NCBI GenBank assembly: GCA_030668875.1
Contig: DAOVER010000006.1
Location: 30,001-62,000 of the forward strand
From: Candidatus Heimdallarchaeota archaeon
GTDB taxonomy: Archaea > Asgardarchaeota > Heimdallarchaeia > Heimdallarchaeales > Heimdallarchaeaceae
DNA: 32,000 nucleotides
Direction of reading: 5' to 3'
Part shown: positions 15,984 through 24,810 of the stretch, piece by piece
How positions within the stretch are numbered: position 1 is the stretch's first letter
Layout: each line of letters starts with the position of its first letter
The notes under the pieces: model-generated
What the model was told of the DNA's origin: nothing
The model's database searches: none
The model's input: only the letters and a program-made list of their open reading frames with translations
Translations under genes and position numbers: made by a program

Positions 15984-18242
15984 TTAACCAGCTGGATAAA
16001 GACCATTAACCTCTGCTGAAAGTTGAGCAATATTTTCTGGATATATTACCTCAAATATTCTAACAAGTGGAAATCTATACGCGTCAATGGATGAAGAAGC
16101 TAAGCCATAACTTCTGAAAACTTCACTGAAATATACGATACCATCAGCACCCTTCAAATCAAATACGGGATTTTCATTAGCTTTAACAAGGATTCCAGGT
16201 CGGTTACTTGTTGGAGTTCCAGGCATATCAGGACTCCAAGCATAGCCAGTCGCAGCATCATACGCAGCTAATCTGTAGAGAACAGAATCATAGAAGGAAT
16301 CTTGATAGATATTGTATCCAAGCTCGTCGTCTTCATCAAAATACCTTTCTTCAGTAATTCCATATCTTGGAACTGTAGATTCTGCAATTCTTATACACCA
16401 AATAGCTTTTCCTAGATCAGAACCAACCGCTGAAAGTCCTGCTTGAGTATTAACAAGTACGTATTTTACATTATACTTATACATTAACTTCACTGATTCA
16501 GTGAAGTTCCACATCAACATGGTTCCCACCATTCCAATTTGCGTTTTATTGGTAGTTGCATTATCCACAAGCGACGTTGCTTCACCATAATTCGTAATCC
16601 AGTATCCGTAATCCCACCAACTCAATACAACAGATGGGCTATTTGTTACAACTCCATCACCTTGTGCATTGTTTTGTAGCCATATTAGGGCGTCTTGCCA
16701 ATCAGTTGAAGGAACACCTGGTTTCTCGAAATAAACAGGGGCCATTTCTGATCTTGCATAGTGTTTTGACATATTAATACTGTGAATTGAGAAGGAAAAT
16801 AATAGACCGAAAATCACAACATAGGCTATTATAGCCTCATCTCGACCAATTGTTTTCGTTAACCTTATTTTTCTTTTTGTAAGAGCAATTTTACCATGGG
16901 CACTTAAAGAGTAAGTATATAGTAGACGGTCAATTGCCATTGCACTCAACAGAGATGCTGAGGGTGCTAGTAACAGGACAAGTCTGATCATTGATCCTGA
17001 GAAGTAAATTGTTGTTACCCCATAAACAAGAATGAAAATATTAACATCTGTTGGTTTCTTTAAACAATAATATAGTCCAAGGGGTATCAAGAATGTCATA
17101 ATATGGATGTTGCTAAACAGTTCAGCCCAAGTCATTGGTTGATGTTCACTCACTGAAGCGATAATTGGGATAGTATCTCTTCCTCCTGGGAAGATAACGG
17201 CCCAAAATTTATCAGCTATGTTAGAGAAGATACCTAAGGATAGAAAAACTGTCACCAATATGATAAGAAGGACTAGTGCTGTAACAGCTCCAACAATGAG
17301 CATTTGTCTAAAGGTCTTCTCGTTTAAATTGTGTGATAGATTTTGAATCATCCCAACAATAACTAAGAACCCTATCATCAAAACAGGTATCATGACTTCT
17401 ATATTGAAAAATTCATTTCTTAGAACCCTTGGCACCAAGAAGCCAATGCTCAGAGCAGTAACAATTGTTATACTATATGCTTTGATTAACTTCCAAGTTA
17501 ATTTTCTGGACAATACCAAAAACAAAGCAGCAAGTGGCAATAAATCCAACACATATCTATATGCTCCCCAACTACCAATAAGAATCCCTAAACTGATACC
17601 AGCAAGGAAAGGGGCTACTGTCCCACCGCGTTTGAATGCTCTTATAAAGAAATACATCGTTAGAACAGTGAAAAGAATACCTATTGATTCATTATCATAG
17701 AAACCGGCCGTGCTTCTTGAAACAAAGGCTGGTGCAATTGACATGAAAAATGCAGCAAAGAGACCAGCTCTAGAGCTAATAGCTTCTTTCCCTAAGTAGT
17801 ATGTAGCAATTAATGTAAGTAAGCCATAAATAACTGGACTAAAATACGCAGCTTGAGTAATAGTTATGTTTATTGAAAATATGCTTACTAAACCATAAAT
17901 AATAACTGCACTTAGGGGGACTCCCCAGTATAATTCAAATCCAGTTTGGAAACCATAGGGGTACCATGAATCTGCTTTGAACCAATGAATAAATTCTATA
18001 AATCCTGCTGTGTTGATATATTCTGCGCTCACTAGCTGAACATGTGGGTCGAATGCTTTTATCAAAGGGTCAAATCCTTGAAATAATCCAAATAGTCTAA
18101 TAATTACACCTACAAATAAAATTAGAATCATACTTATCTTATTTAAAATTGATTCTCTTTTTATTTCGTAATCTTCAAAGTGGTCTACGATTTTTTTCCA
18201 AAAACGACTCATCAGTCCGGATAGTCCAGTATCACTTGACAT
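15984..18242 (-). CDS. aglB: Oligosaccharyltransferase AglB/STT3
   Basis: FDPH, GFYDNE, SVSEHQP, WWDYG, DNAT, DLGKAIW (DK motif) and many TM helices. Confidence 0.96.
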   Translation of the reverse strand: MSSDTGLSGLMSRFWKKIVDHFEDYEIKRESILNKISMILILFVGVIIRLFGLFQGFDPLIKAFDPHVQLVSAEYINTAGFIEFIHWFKADSWYPYGFQTGFELYWGVPLSAVIIYGLVSIFSINITITQAAYFSPVIYGLLTLIATYYLGKEAISSRAGLFAAFFMSIAPAFVSRSTAGFYDNESIGILFTVLTMYFFIRAFKRGGTVAPFLAGISLGILIGSWGAYRYVLDLLPLAALFLVLSRKLTWKLIKAYSITIVTALSIGFLVPRVLRNEFFNIEVMIPVLMIGFLVIVGMIQNLSHNLNEKTFRQMLIVGAVTALVLLIILVTVFLSLGIFSNIADKFWAVIFPGGRDTIPIIASVSEHQPMTWAELFSNIHIMTFLIPLGLYYCLKKPTDVNIFILVYGVTTIYFSGSMIRLVLLLAPSASLLSAMAIDRLLYTYSLSAHGKIALTKRKIRLTKTIGRDEAIIAYVVIFGLLFSFSIHSINMSKHYARSEMAPVYFEKPGVPSTDWQDALIWLQNNAQGDGVVTNSPSVVLSWWDYGYWITNYGEATSLVDNATTNKTQIGMVGTMLMWNFTESVKLMYKYNVKYVLVNTQAGLSAVGSDLGKAIWCIRIAESTVPRYGITEERYFDEDDELGYNIYQDSFYDSVLYRLAAYDAATGYAWSPDMPGTPTSNRPGILVKANENPVFDLKGADGIVYFSEVFRSYGLASSSIDAYRFPLVRIFEVIYPENIAQLSAEVNGLYPAG

Positions 18243-18394
18243 TATAATTCACCTTTAGCTGTTGATCAAACAAGCTAAGCTTTTATTTGATGTTGAATTA
18301 AGAAAAGCGTTTAAAAACATTACTTATGATAAGATTTTGTCTTGCTGTCATATTAGTATTTTCTGAGTTTATATAGGGAAAGCTAGAGAAAAGT

Positions 18395-18622
18395 ATGATG
18401 ACCAAAGTCTTGCGGATAGAAATAATGGAAGTAAGAAGAAATAAAGAGTTAAGCAAGCTTTTTCATCAGACTAAGAACCTCTATAATCGAGCGAACTTTT
18501 TGACAAAAGATCAGTTAAAGAAAAGCAACAAATTGCCGTTCTACTATGACCTAGACAAACTCTTGAAGTATTTGTTATATGTAAATAAGATAAATCAAAT
18601 CATGACTAGACATTCAGATTGA
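18395..18622 (+). pseudogene. tnpB: Truncated IS200/IS605-family tnpB (OrfB) N-terminal remnant
   Basis: KELSKLFHQTKNLYNRANF...YYDLDKLLK matches the N-terminal helical region of IS605/IS1341 OrfB. Similarity stops at about residue 58 and no RuvC or zinc ribbon follows. TTTATATA at 18368-18375 upstream. Confidence 0.65.
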
Positions 18623-18717
18623 GAGTTAAAAACTCGTTTCTAGATTAAAACTTCCTCTAGATTCACTCTTTTTTAGAAATATTATAGTAAAGTTAATTAA
18701 CTTATTCTAGTCTCTAA

Positions 18718-19146
18718 TTGACTCAGATAAAGATGAGACTTGAAAGAAAAATTGCTTATGCTCTTGCTAAGGAATTGAAGGACATAACACAAGAAGCAAA
18801 ACTTGAAGCTCTAGCTGTTTTAACTGCCACAGGTGATAGGATAGCATTCTATGCAGGTGATAAACGGGCAAACTCAACAGAATTATCAGCAATTGGAGCC
18901 GCTTTAGTTGCTGCTGCAAGATTAGCCCTCGAGAGACTTACCTTTGCGCCCATAAACGACGTCATGGTGCGAGGTAAGAATGGTTTTCTAATTCTTAAAT
19001 CAATAGGTGATTTTCACTTAGTTGGTGGAACAAGCGATATTGAAGAGTTCAAAAATGCCATAGCTATTTTATCAAACCATGCTCCTCAGATTGCAGATAT
19101 CTTGTCTTATGTGCAAATTGACGATGATGAAATTCCAACTGACTAA
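18718..19146 (+). CDS. Roadblock/LC7 domain protein (start may be ATG 18733)
   Basis: LAVLTATGDRIA...ELSAIGAALVAAARLALERL...INDVMVRGKNGFLILKSIG. Confidence 0.8.
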   Translation: MTQIKMRLERKIAYALAKELKDITQEAKLEALAVLTATGDRIAFYAGDKRANSTELSAIGAALVAAARLALERLTFAPINDVMVRGKNGFLILKSIGDFHLVGGTSDIEEFKNAIAILSNHAPQIADILSYVQIDDDEIPTD

Positions 19147-19167
19147 AGAATAAAGAGTGATAGTAAA

Positions 19168-20790
19168 TTAATTAAATTTCTGAAAATCGATATTTGTTCG
19201 CTGTAAATTTTGAAGATTTACAACGTATGTTGATCCCGTAGTAGGGTTAATATTCATACTTTTTTGATAAGATGTTTGGTATTGAAATGTTCCAGAATTT
19301 ATGATTGTAACACCCTTGTAAGTTTCATCCCCTGTAATGTGTGTATGACCAGCATGTAGAATATCAGGAATTTTTGTTATAACTAATTTATCTTCGTAGT
19401 CAGGTACGATTGATGTTCTTCTACCATAAATGGGCACTAAATGACGATTTTTCAACATCTCCACCATAGCTGGAATAGAAGTTTCGTGAGGGATGGCTGG
19501 GATAGCAGAATTAATATCCACTATTGAGTTTCCATGTGTCATAAGAACTTCCACATTGTGAGCTTTAACATAAGCCGGACTACCGAGCATGTATACATTG
19601 TCTAACTTATACAGTTCAGGTGCAAATTCTTTCGAAATAGGTGTCTGTGGTTCAGCTGCTCTTGCTGCATCATGATTTCCTGGAATAATGAGAATTTCCA
19701 CGTCATCTCTGATTCGTTCAAAATATTCAGTAGCAAGTAAATATTGAAATTGTATGTTATCTACATCTAAATCATTTTCTTGATCAGGATATATTCCAAC
19801 ACCTTCAACAACATCTCCTGCCACAAAAAGATATTTTACCTTCTTACCAACTTCATTGTATTTATTTGATTCTAAATCACCGTTTAGAAACTTTATCGCC
19901 CTAAGAAAGAGTTCTCCTGCGAAGTTCTTTGATCCAACATGTATATCAGAAATGAATAGAGCAAGAGCATCTTCATATGAATGATTAGGTTTGTGATTGA
20001 ATGGAACATCTGGCCAATAGATATCTTTGATGAACAGTATACGACCATTCCAATCTCCTGTAAAGCATAAAATAGAGTCATCTAAAATAAACTCTGCTTT
20101 GTACAATAAATCAGGATTAGATTGAAATATCATCCCTTTTATTCTTCCATTTTTATCCTCGAGTTCTAAACTAAAACTGCCGGTTTTATTCTTTCGCTTA
20201 CTATAAACAAGACCAATCAACGATATCTTATTATTCTTCTTGTCTTCTTGAAGATCTTCAATAGTAACTAGATTTCTAATATCTTTTCGACGTCTGAAGA
20301 AATGACTAATAGAATCAAAACGATTGCAAAAATACTTTATAAAACCATCAGCAGACGCAGATAGTTGTTTGATTTGTGGAGAAGAGATAATCTGCAAATC
20401 TGTTGTAAATGATTCCCTTCGACTGGAAGAAACCGGTTTTTTAGACTCGATCTTTTGTTTTTCCTCTTTACCCCCATTGGCTTCTTCACTTTGAATATCA
20501 GATACACTGGTTTCCTCCTTAATTTCTGAAGAAGTGTTAGTGTTAGAATCCAGACTATAATTTCCAGTAGAAATATCTCTGATATCATTTATTGTAAGGA
20601 TTGCTGTATCCGGATTTAACTCAAGTATTTTATCAATAATCTCAGCAATATTGGGCACAGAACTTAGTTCAGCAAAGGCTTCGGGTGTTAGCTGATAACC
20701 AGCTACATATAGTTTCCGAAGTTGTTTGGAGGGAATCATTGATAAGCAATTTTTGAGAGATTTTTTGAGATTAAATAAGTTTCGAATCAA
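19168..20790 (-). CDS. polB: DNA polymerase II (PolD) small subunit DP1, proofreading exonuclease (start may be ATG 20739)
   Basis: OB-fold LIGLV...LEDKNG; phosphoesterase motifs ISDIHVGS, AGDVVEGVGIYPDQ, PGNHDA, HG.S, RHLVPIYG, HAGHTH, NSGTFQYQT. The symbol follows the DP1 naming convention; this is not a family B polymerase. Confidence 0.96.
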   Translation of the reverse strand: MIRNLFNLKKSLKNCLSMIPSKQLRKLYVAGYQLTPEAFAELSSVPNIAEIIDKILELNPDTAILTINDIRDISTGNYSLDSNTNTSSEIKEETSVSDIQSEEANGGKEEKQKIESKKPVSSSRRESFTTDLQIISSPQIKQLSASADGFIKYFCNRFDSISHFFRRRKDIRNLVTIEDLQEDKKNNKISLIGLVYSKRKNKTGSFSLELEDKNGRIKGMIFQSNPDLLYKAEFILDDSILCFTGDWNGRILFIKDIYWPDVPFNHKPNHSYEDALALFISDIHVGSKNFAGELFLRAIKFLNGDLESNKYNEVGKKVKYLFVAGDVVEGVGIYPDQENDLDVDNIQFQYLLATEYFERIRDDVEILIIPGNHDAARAAEPQTPISKEFAPELYKLDNVYMLGSPAYVKAHNVEVLMTHGNSIVDINSAIPAIPHETSIPAMVEMLKNRHLVPIYGRRTSIVPDYEDKLVITKIPDILHAGHTHITGDETYKGVTIINSGTFQYQTSYQKSMNINPTTGSTYVVNLQNLQRTNIDFQKFN

Positions 20791-20851
20791 ATATTGAACC
20801 TTTAATCAAAAAGTTTAAGAAAAAAACTTTGATGATGATGATAGAGTAATT

Positions 20852-20946
20852 GACCCCGTAGCTCAGCTGGATAGAGCACCAGCCTTCTAATCTTCAGTGG
20901 TGAAGTAAGTTGGTGGTCGCGCGTTCGAATCGCGTCGGGGTCGCCA
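20852..20946 (+). tRNA. tRNA-Arg(TCT) with 18-nt intron at 37/38 (20890-20907), CCA encoded
   Basis: Acceptor GACCCCG/CGGGGTC, G73, CCA; D loop with A20; anticodon stem CCAGC/GTTGG. Exon CTTC (20884-20887) pairs with intron GAAG (20902-20905) to give the 4-bp BHB central helix. Confidence 0.93.
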
Positions 20947-21038
20947 CCCTCATTTCCTCAGTTCTTAATTCATCTTTACTCAAAAGGTATATGATAAAAA
21001 ATCATATATACCACCACTACTAGCAACATTTGATTAGT

Positions 21039-21221
21039 ATGAGTTCTCAGAAGAAGAAAAAAAGAGACACTAGCCCAATGCCTGCAACTGGTGCTGGATT
21101 GATGAGATATTATGATGAGGATTTACCTGGTGTTAAAATTGGTCCATGGTATATTGTTGCTCTTTCTGTAATATTGATTGTGGGAGTTATTCTAGGTAAT
21201 ATTTTCTACGTTTCTCCTTAA
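21039..21221 (+). CDS. secG: Preprotein translocase subunit Sec61beta/SecG
   Basis: PATGAGLMRYYDEDLPGVKIGPWYIV plus a single TM helix; the ORF track start is TTG 21030, ATG 21039 is preferred. Confidence 0.92.
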   Translation: MSSQKKKKRDTSPMPATGAGLMRYYDEDLPGVKIGPWYIVALSVILIVGVILGNIFYVSP

Positions 21222-21250
21222 AAAAAGAATTTTCAATAATTGTAAAGAGT

Positions 21251-21544
21251 GTGGGTAATATTCACGAATTTCAAGAACTTATGAAAGAACTTTATCTAGA
21301 GAAAGATTTTAGGAGAGGGAAGGAAAAAACAGCACTTAAGCTTATGGAAGAAGTTGGAGAACTTGCAGAAGCTGTTCTTCTGGAGGATGAAGAGAAAGTA
21401 TCAGAAGAAATGGCGGATATTATAGCTTGGGTATTTAGTATTGCAAACCTATACAATATAAACCTCTCAGATGCTTTCAAAGATAAGTATAATCAAACAT
21501 GTCCAAAATGTAATGATAATCCATGTATTTGTAATCCTATCTAA
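21251..21544 (+). CDS. mazG: MazG-like nucleotide pyrophosphohydrolase
   Basis: LMEEVGELAEA...EEMADIIAWVFSIAN and C-terminal CPKC..NPCIC. Confidence 0.9.
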   Translation: MGNIHEFQELMKELYLEKDFRRGKEKTALKLMEEVGELAEAVLLEDEEKVSEEMADIIAWVFSIANLYNINLSDAFKDKYNQTCPKCNDNPCICNPI

Positions 21545-21647
21545 TTTTCTTCAACAATTGCTACTAAACAAATAAGCTGTAATATGTGCATGTCATCCTA
21601 GCTAGCCCCAAAATTTTTGTTGTTCTTTTAAGATAGAAGCACAGAAA

Positions 21648-21887
21648 ATGTATGAAATGAAGGAAATTGTTTTGTATACTTCTGAAGAATGTCCATACTG
21701 TAGTGTTGCTGAGAAAATTCTCAAAACAGTCTTAGAAGAGTATGGTGGCCTATTTCATTATAGAAGCATAAATATCAATGGGGAGAGTCAACAGAAAATA
21801 TCTTCAATACCCACTATTTTTGTAGGAAAAACAAAAATTGAAGGTCTTCCAGAGAAAGAACAGATTCATACAGCTTTATTTTCCTAA
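21648..21887 (+). CDS. Thioredoxin/glutaredoxin-like protein
   Basis: LYTSEECPYC and SIPTIFV (cis-Pro loop). Confidence 0.88.
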   Translation: MYEMKEIVLYTSEECPYCSVAEKILKTVLEEYGGLFHYRSININGESQQKISSIPTIFVGKTKIEGLPEKEQIHTALFS

Positions 21888-21929
21888 TAGGACTAAATCT
21901 AGAAAAAGGACCACAAAAACAAGTGTTTT

Positions 21930-22169
21930 TCACTTAGTTTCTTGAAAATATAACTCAAACTCTGCAAGATCCTTTACAAAAGCACCAACAAGATCCCCTA
22001 GGTCTAGCAATCGTTGAAGAAAATCATCATATGGGAGTGAATCATATGCTTTTAACCATAGTTCATAACCATTTTGTAGTTTGGTTTTTGCAAGTTTATG
22101 GTTGAAACAGAACTTGCCAGAAGATTTGTCTATTTTATCTTGACATATCTTACACTTAATATCATCCAC
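21930..22169 (-). CDS. Small CCCH zinc-finger-like protein translationally coupled to topA (79 aa from GTG 22169)
   Basis: CKIC-x10-CFNH followed by a helical region YELWLKAYD..YDDFLQRL. The GTG start overlaps the topA stop; the longer 22274 start in the ORF track overlaps topA and is unlikely. Confidence 0.7.
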   Translation of the reverse strand: MDDIKCKICQDKIDKSSGKFCFNHKLAKTKLQNGYELWLKAYDSLPYDDFLQRLLDLGDLVGAFVKDLAEFELYFQETK

Positions 22170-24258
22170 TTTTTTTTCCTCCTTTAATGTTAGCTTTGGA
22201 AGGACAATCCATAGATATGCACATAACGCGCTTAGTTCTCCCTGTTCGCCATTCAACCATAGGTAAACCATCAAATGGGCATTTTTTATCTGTAGGTTTT
22301 ATTGTTCCATAACTAGGCAAGGGAAAAGTTACTGTACAATTAATTGTTTTGTCAAAATATGCTGAACAAGCAATAAATCTTTTACCAGATTTCTTTGATT
22401 TTATAATTCGTAGATCACCAATTTTGCACTCTGAACATTTGCCTATTAGTACGGGCTCTTTCTTTTCTAGATTAAGCAAGTTCTCATAAAGAGAAATGCC
22501 GATATTTGTCTCATTTTCATGGAAGAGCTTAAGCATATCTCTTAAATCCTTTTTAATAGAAATTAGTATTTCATCAATATTGCTCTGTTTTTCTTGTACT
22601 TCTTCCATTGTAGTTTCTAATTCTCTTGTCATATCCGATTTGATTAACACGGGGTAATGAGAATTTAAAACACCAACCACTGCAGTACCAAGAGGGGTTG
22701 GTTTAATCTCAGAGCCTTTAATATATCCCCGGCTAAACAAGGTTTCAATAATCCCTGCACGTGTAGCCTTGGTTCCAATTTTTTCTTCTTCCATTTTATT
22801 CAGAAGTGTGGATTCATTAAATCGTCTAGGTGGAGAACTAAAATCTTCTTTCGATTCTATAAATGAGAAGTTAACTTGGCTATTCAATGCAATATCAGGT
22901 ATTGAACTTTCATTCATATAGAAATAAGGTTTATAGTATTTTATCCATCCCTCTTCTATGATTTGGCTTCCTCGCACTTCAAATTTATGACTGTTTACTT
23001 TGATTTCAATTTTCTTTCTTGATATTGAAGCAGGTTTTCCAAATAAAGCTAGGTATCTTTTGACAATTAAATCATATAGTTTTTTCTCTTTGGAGTTCAA
23101 GGCGATAGGAGGTTTTCCAGTTGGATGGATAGCAGGATGAGCTGCATCTGTCCGTCTTCCTTCCCTTGGTTTGAATTTTTTACGATTTAGTATTTCAACT
23201 ACGAAAGAACCATAAACTGTTTGCTTTCCAATTTTTGTAAGAATGGTCTTATGACCTAGTGTCATTGGAAGTTTTTGACTATCAGTACGTGGGTAGGAAA
23301 TTGTTGCTTTTAAATAAAGTGCCTCAGCGATTTTCAAAGTCTTACTTGGAGAATATTTGAAGTGTTTATATGATTCTCTTTGAAGATCTCCCAAATTAAA
23401 AGGTGGAAACGAATACTGTGGTGTTTGTTCTTCTGAAATATCGGTAACAATGCCAACTAAATTTTGGCAATCTTTTACGATTTCATTCGCTTCTTTCTCC
23501 TTACTAAGCTTCGTCTTTTCATAGAAAACTATGAATTTCTTTTTACTGATAATAGCTTCGCTTTCAATTGTCCAAAACGGAATAGGCACAAATATGTTTA
23601 TTTCATTTTCTAGATTTACAACAGCACCAAGTGTAGGACCCTGTACTCTTCCAATTGATATTGTTTTGAATCTATTTGAAACACGTTTCAATGCTAGACT
23701 TAGTGCTCTAGAATAATTTATTCCATACAACCAATCAACATAATGTCGTAATAGTCCGGAATTCAAGAATCCAATATCAAGTTGTTTACTTCTTTTAGAA
23801 TAAGCCTCGTTAATGTCCCTTGTCGTTAACGTAGAAAACTTCATTCTTTCTGCCTTATTCTTCCCTAGTAAATACTTCAAGATTAAAAAGCCTATAACTT
23901 CTCCTTCTCTATCATAGTCAGTCATCACAATTATTTCTGAGGCTTCTTTTGAAAGAGATTTAAACGCATCTACAAAATTCTTTGTTCTTGATTTTGAATT
24001 TGTGATATGACTTGGAACCCAATGATAATCTAATACGGGGTAATTCCAGGATTTGCTTAATGGGGATAATGTGAGTAAATGGCCTACTGCTGGGACAATT
24101 ACTATTTTTTTCCCATCTCTCAAGCTTATGTATACAGGAACACCTTTTATTTTCTTAAGAACTGGTTTTTTGTTCTCATCAAGTGCTCTTGCTAATCTGC
24201 TTGCAGCTTGAGGTTTCTCAGCAACACCCAAGACATACGGTCCTTTGATTGGCACCAA
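22162..24258 (-). CDS. topA: DNA topoisomerase IA (archaeal TopA)
   Basis: TOPRIM VAEKP, VGHL, TDYDREGE; SIGRVQGPTL; catalytic ISYPRTDS; AHPAIHPT; IGTKATRA.IIE; C-terminal zinc ribbons. Confidence 0.97.
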   Translation of the reverse strand: MVPIKGPYVLGVAEKPQAASRLARALDENKKPVLKKIKGVPVYISLRDGKKIVIVPAVGHLLTLSPLSKSWNYPVLDYHWVPSHITNSKSRTKNFVDAFKSLSKEASEIIVMTDYDREGEVIGFLILKYLLGKNKAERMKFSTLTTRDINEAYSKRSKQLDIGFLNSGLLRHYVDWLYGINYSRALSLALKRVSNRFKTISIGRVQGPTLGAVVNLENEINIFVPIPFWTIESEAIISKKKFIVFYEKTKLSKEKEANEIVKDCQNLVGIVTDISEEQTPQYSFPPFNLGDLQRESYKHFKYSPSKTLKIAEALYLKATISYPRTDSQKLPMTLGHKTILTKIGKQTVYGSFVVEILNRKKFKPREGRRTDAAHPAIHPTGKPPIALNSKEKKLYDLIVKRYLALFGKPASISRKKIEIKVNSHKFEVRGSQIIEEGWIKYYKPYFYMNESSIPDIALNSQVNFSFIESKEDFSSPPRRFNESTLLNKMEEEKIGTKATRAGIIETLFSRGYIKGSEIKPTPLGTAVVGVLNSHYPVLIKSDMTRELETTMEEVQEKQSNIDEILISIKKDLRDMLKLFHENETNIGISLYENLLNLEKKEPVLIGKCSECKIGDLRIIKSKKSGKRFIACSAYFDKTINCTVTFPLPSYGTIKPTDKKCPFDGLPMVEWRTGRTKRVMCISMDCPSKANIKGGKKSG

Positions 24259-24312
24259 ACAATTTTCACCTTGCTATTATGAAAGTCCTCATTTTAGAGA
24301 TAATTGAGGCAG

Positions 24313-24398
24313 TGGAGCCAGGACGGGGATTTGAACCCCGGATCCTTGAAGGAACTGATTTTCAAGACCAGCGCCGTTGTCCGCTTGGCTATCCTGGC
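24313..24398 (-). tRNA. tRNA-Ser(TGA), long variable arm, CCA encoded
   Basis: Reverse complement: acceptor GCCAGGA/TCCTGGC; anticodon arm CTGGT-CTTGAAA-ATCAG; variable arm TCCT-TCA-AGGA; T arm CGGGG-TTCAAAT-CCCCG. Confidence 0.94.
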
Positions 24399-24486
24399 AC
24401 ACGTCAAGTAATTTGTTAAGAGCACATTTTAATTAAAAATATATCTAAAGATGTTTTTCTAACTTATTAGGTTAGTAATATCTCCT

Positions 24487-24768
24487 TTATCCACCGTGAG
24501 AGATGGGTATTATTTTTATTTCTATGTTAGACCCAAATTTGTTAAATAATTTTTTTGTCGTTCTCAACTCAATTTTTTCAGAGATTAACAGGTATCCTGA
24601 CCTAATATCGTTATTAAGTATCATAAGTTCGTAAATATTTTTGTTTTTACTCAGAAGTAGAATTACTCCTTCTAGTAAAGTCATTTCTGCGTTTACTTCT
24701 CCTACTAATACATGATCATCTGAAGGAATAGAGGTGTGGAGATGTAATGTAAGAATAAAGTTTACCAT
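24487..24768 (-). CDS. Ubiquitin-like MoaD/SAMP/Urm1-family protein
   Basis: 93 aa, beta-grasp-like pattern, C-terminal IKIIPISHGG (diglycine, with HGG as in Urm1). Confidence 0.85.
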   Translation of the reverse strand: MVNFILTLHLHTSIPSDDHVLVGEVNAEMTLLEGVILLLSKNKNIYELMILNNDIRSGYLLISEKIELRTTKKLFNKFGSNIEIKIIPISHGG

Positions 24769-24810
24769 AAGAACACCTTACACAAATAAGAAAATAGACT
24801 AAGAGGGAAA

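Noticed and set aside
20831-20842. (GAT)4 microsatellite upstream of tRNA-Arg
   Set aside because: Too short to be significant
20884-20908. CT-TCA within the tRNA-Arg intron as a hidden Sec (TCA) anticodon
   Set aside because: It would need two non-canonical excisions; A20, G73, the short variable loop and a valid 37/38 BHB helix all support Arg(TCT)
24313-24768. Functional link between the Urm1-like gene and the adjacent tRNA-Ser (U34 thiolation)
   Set aside because: tRNA-Ser(UGA) is not a typical 2-thiolation substrate, and no thiolase gene is nearby
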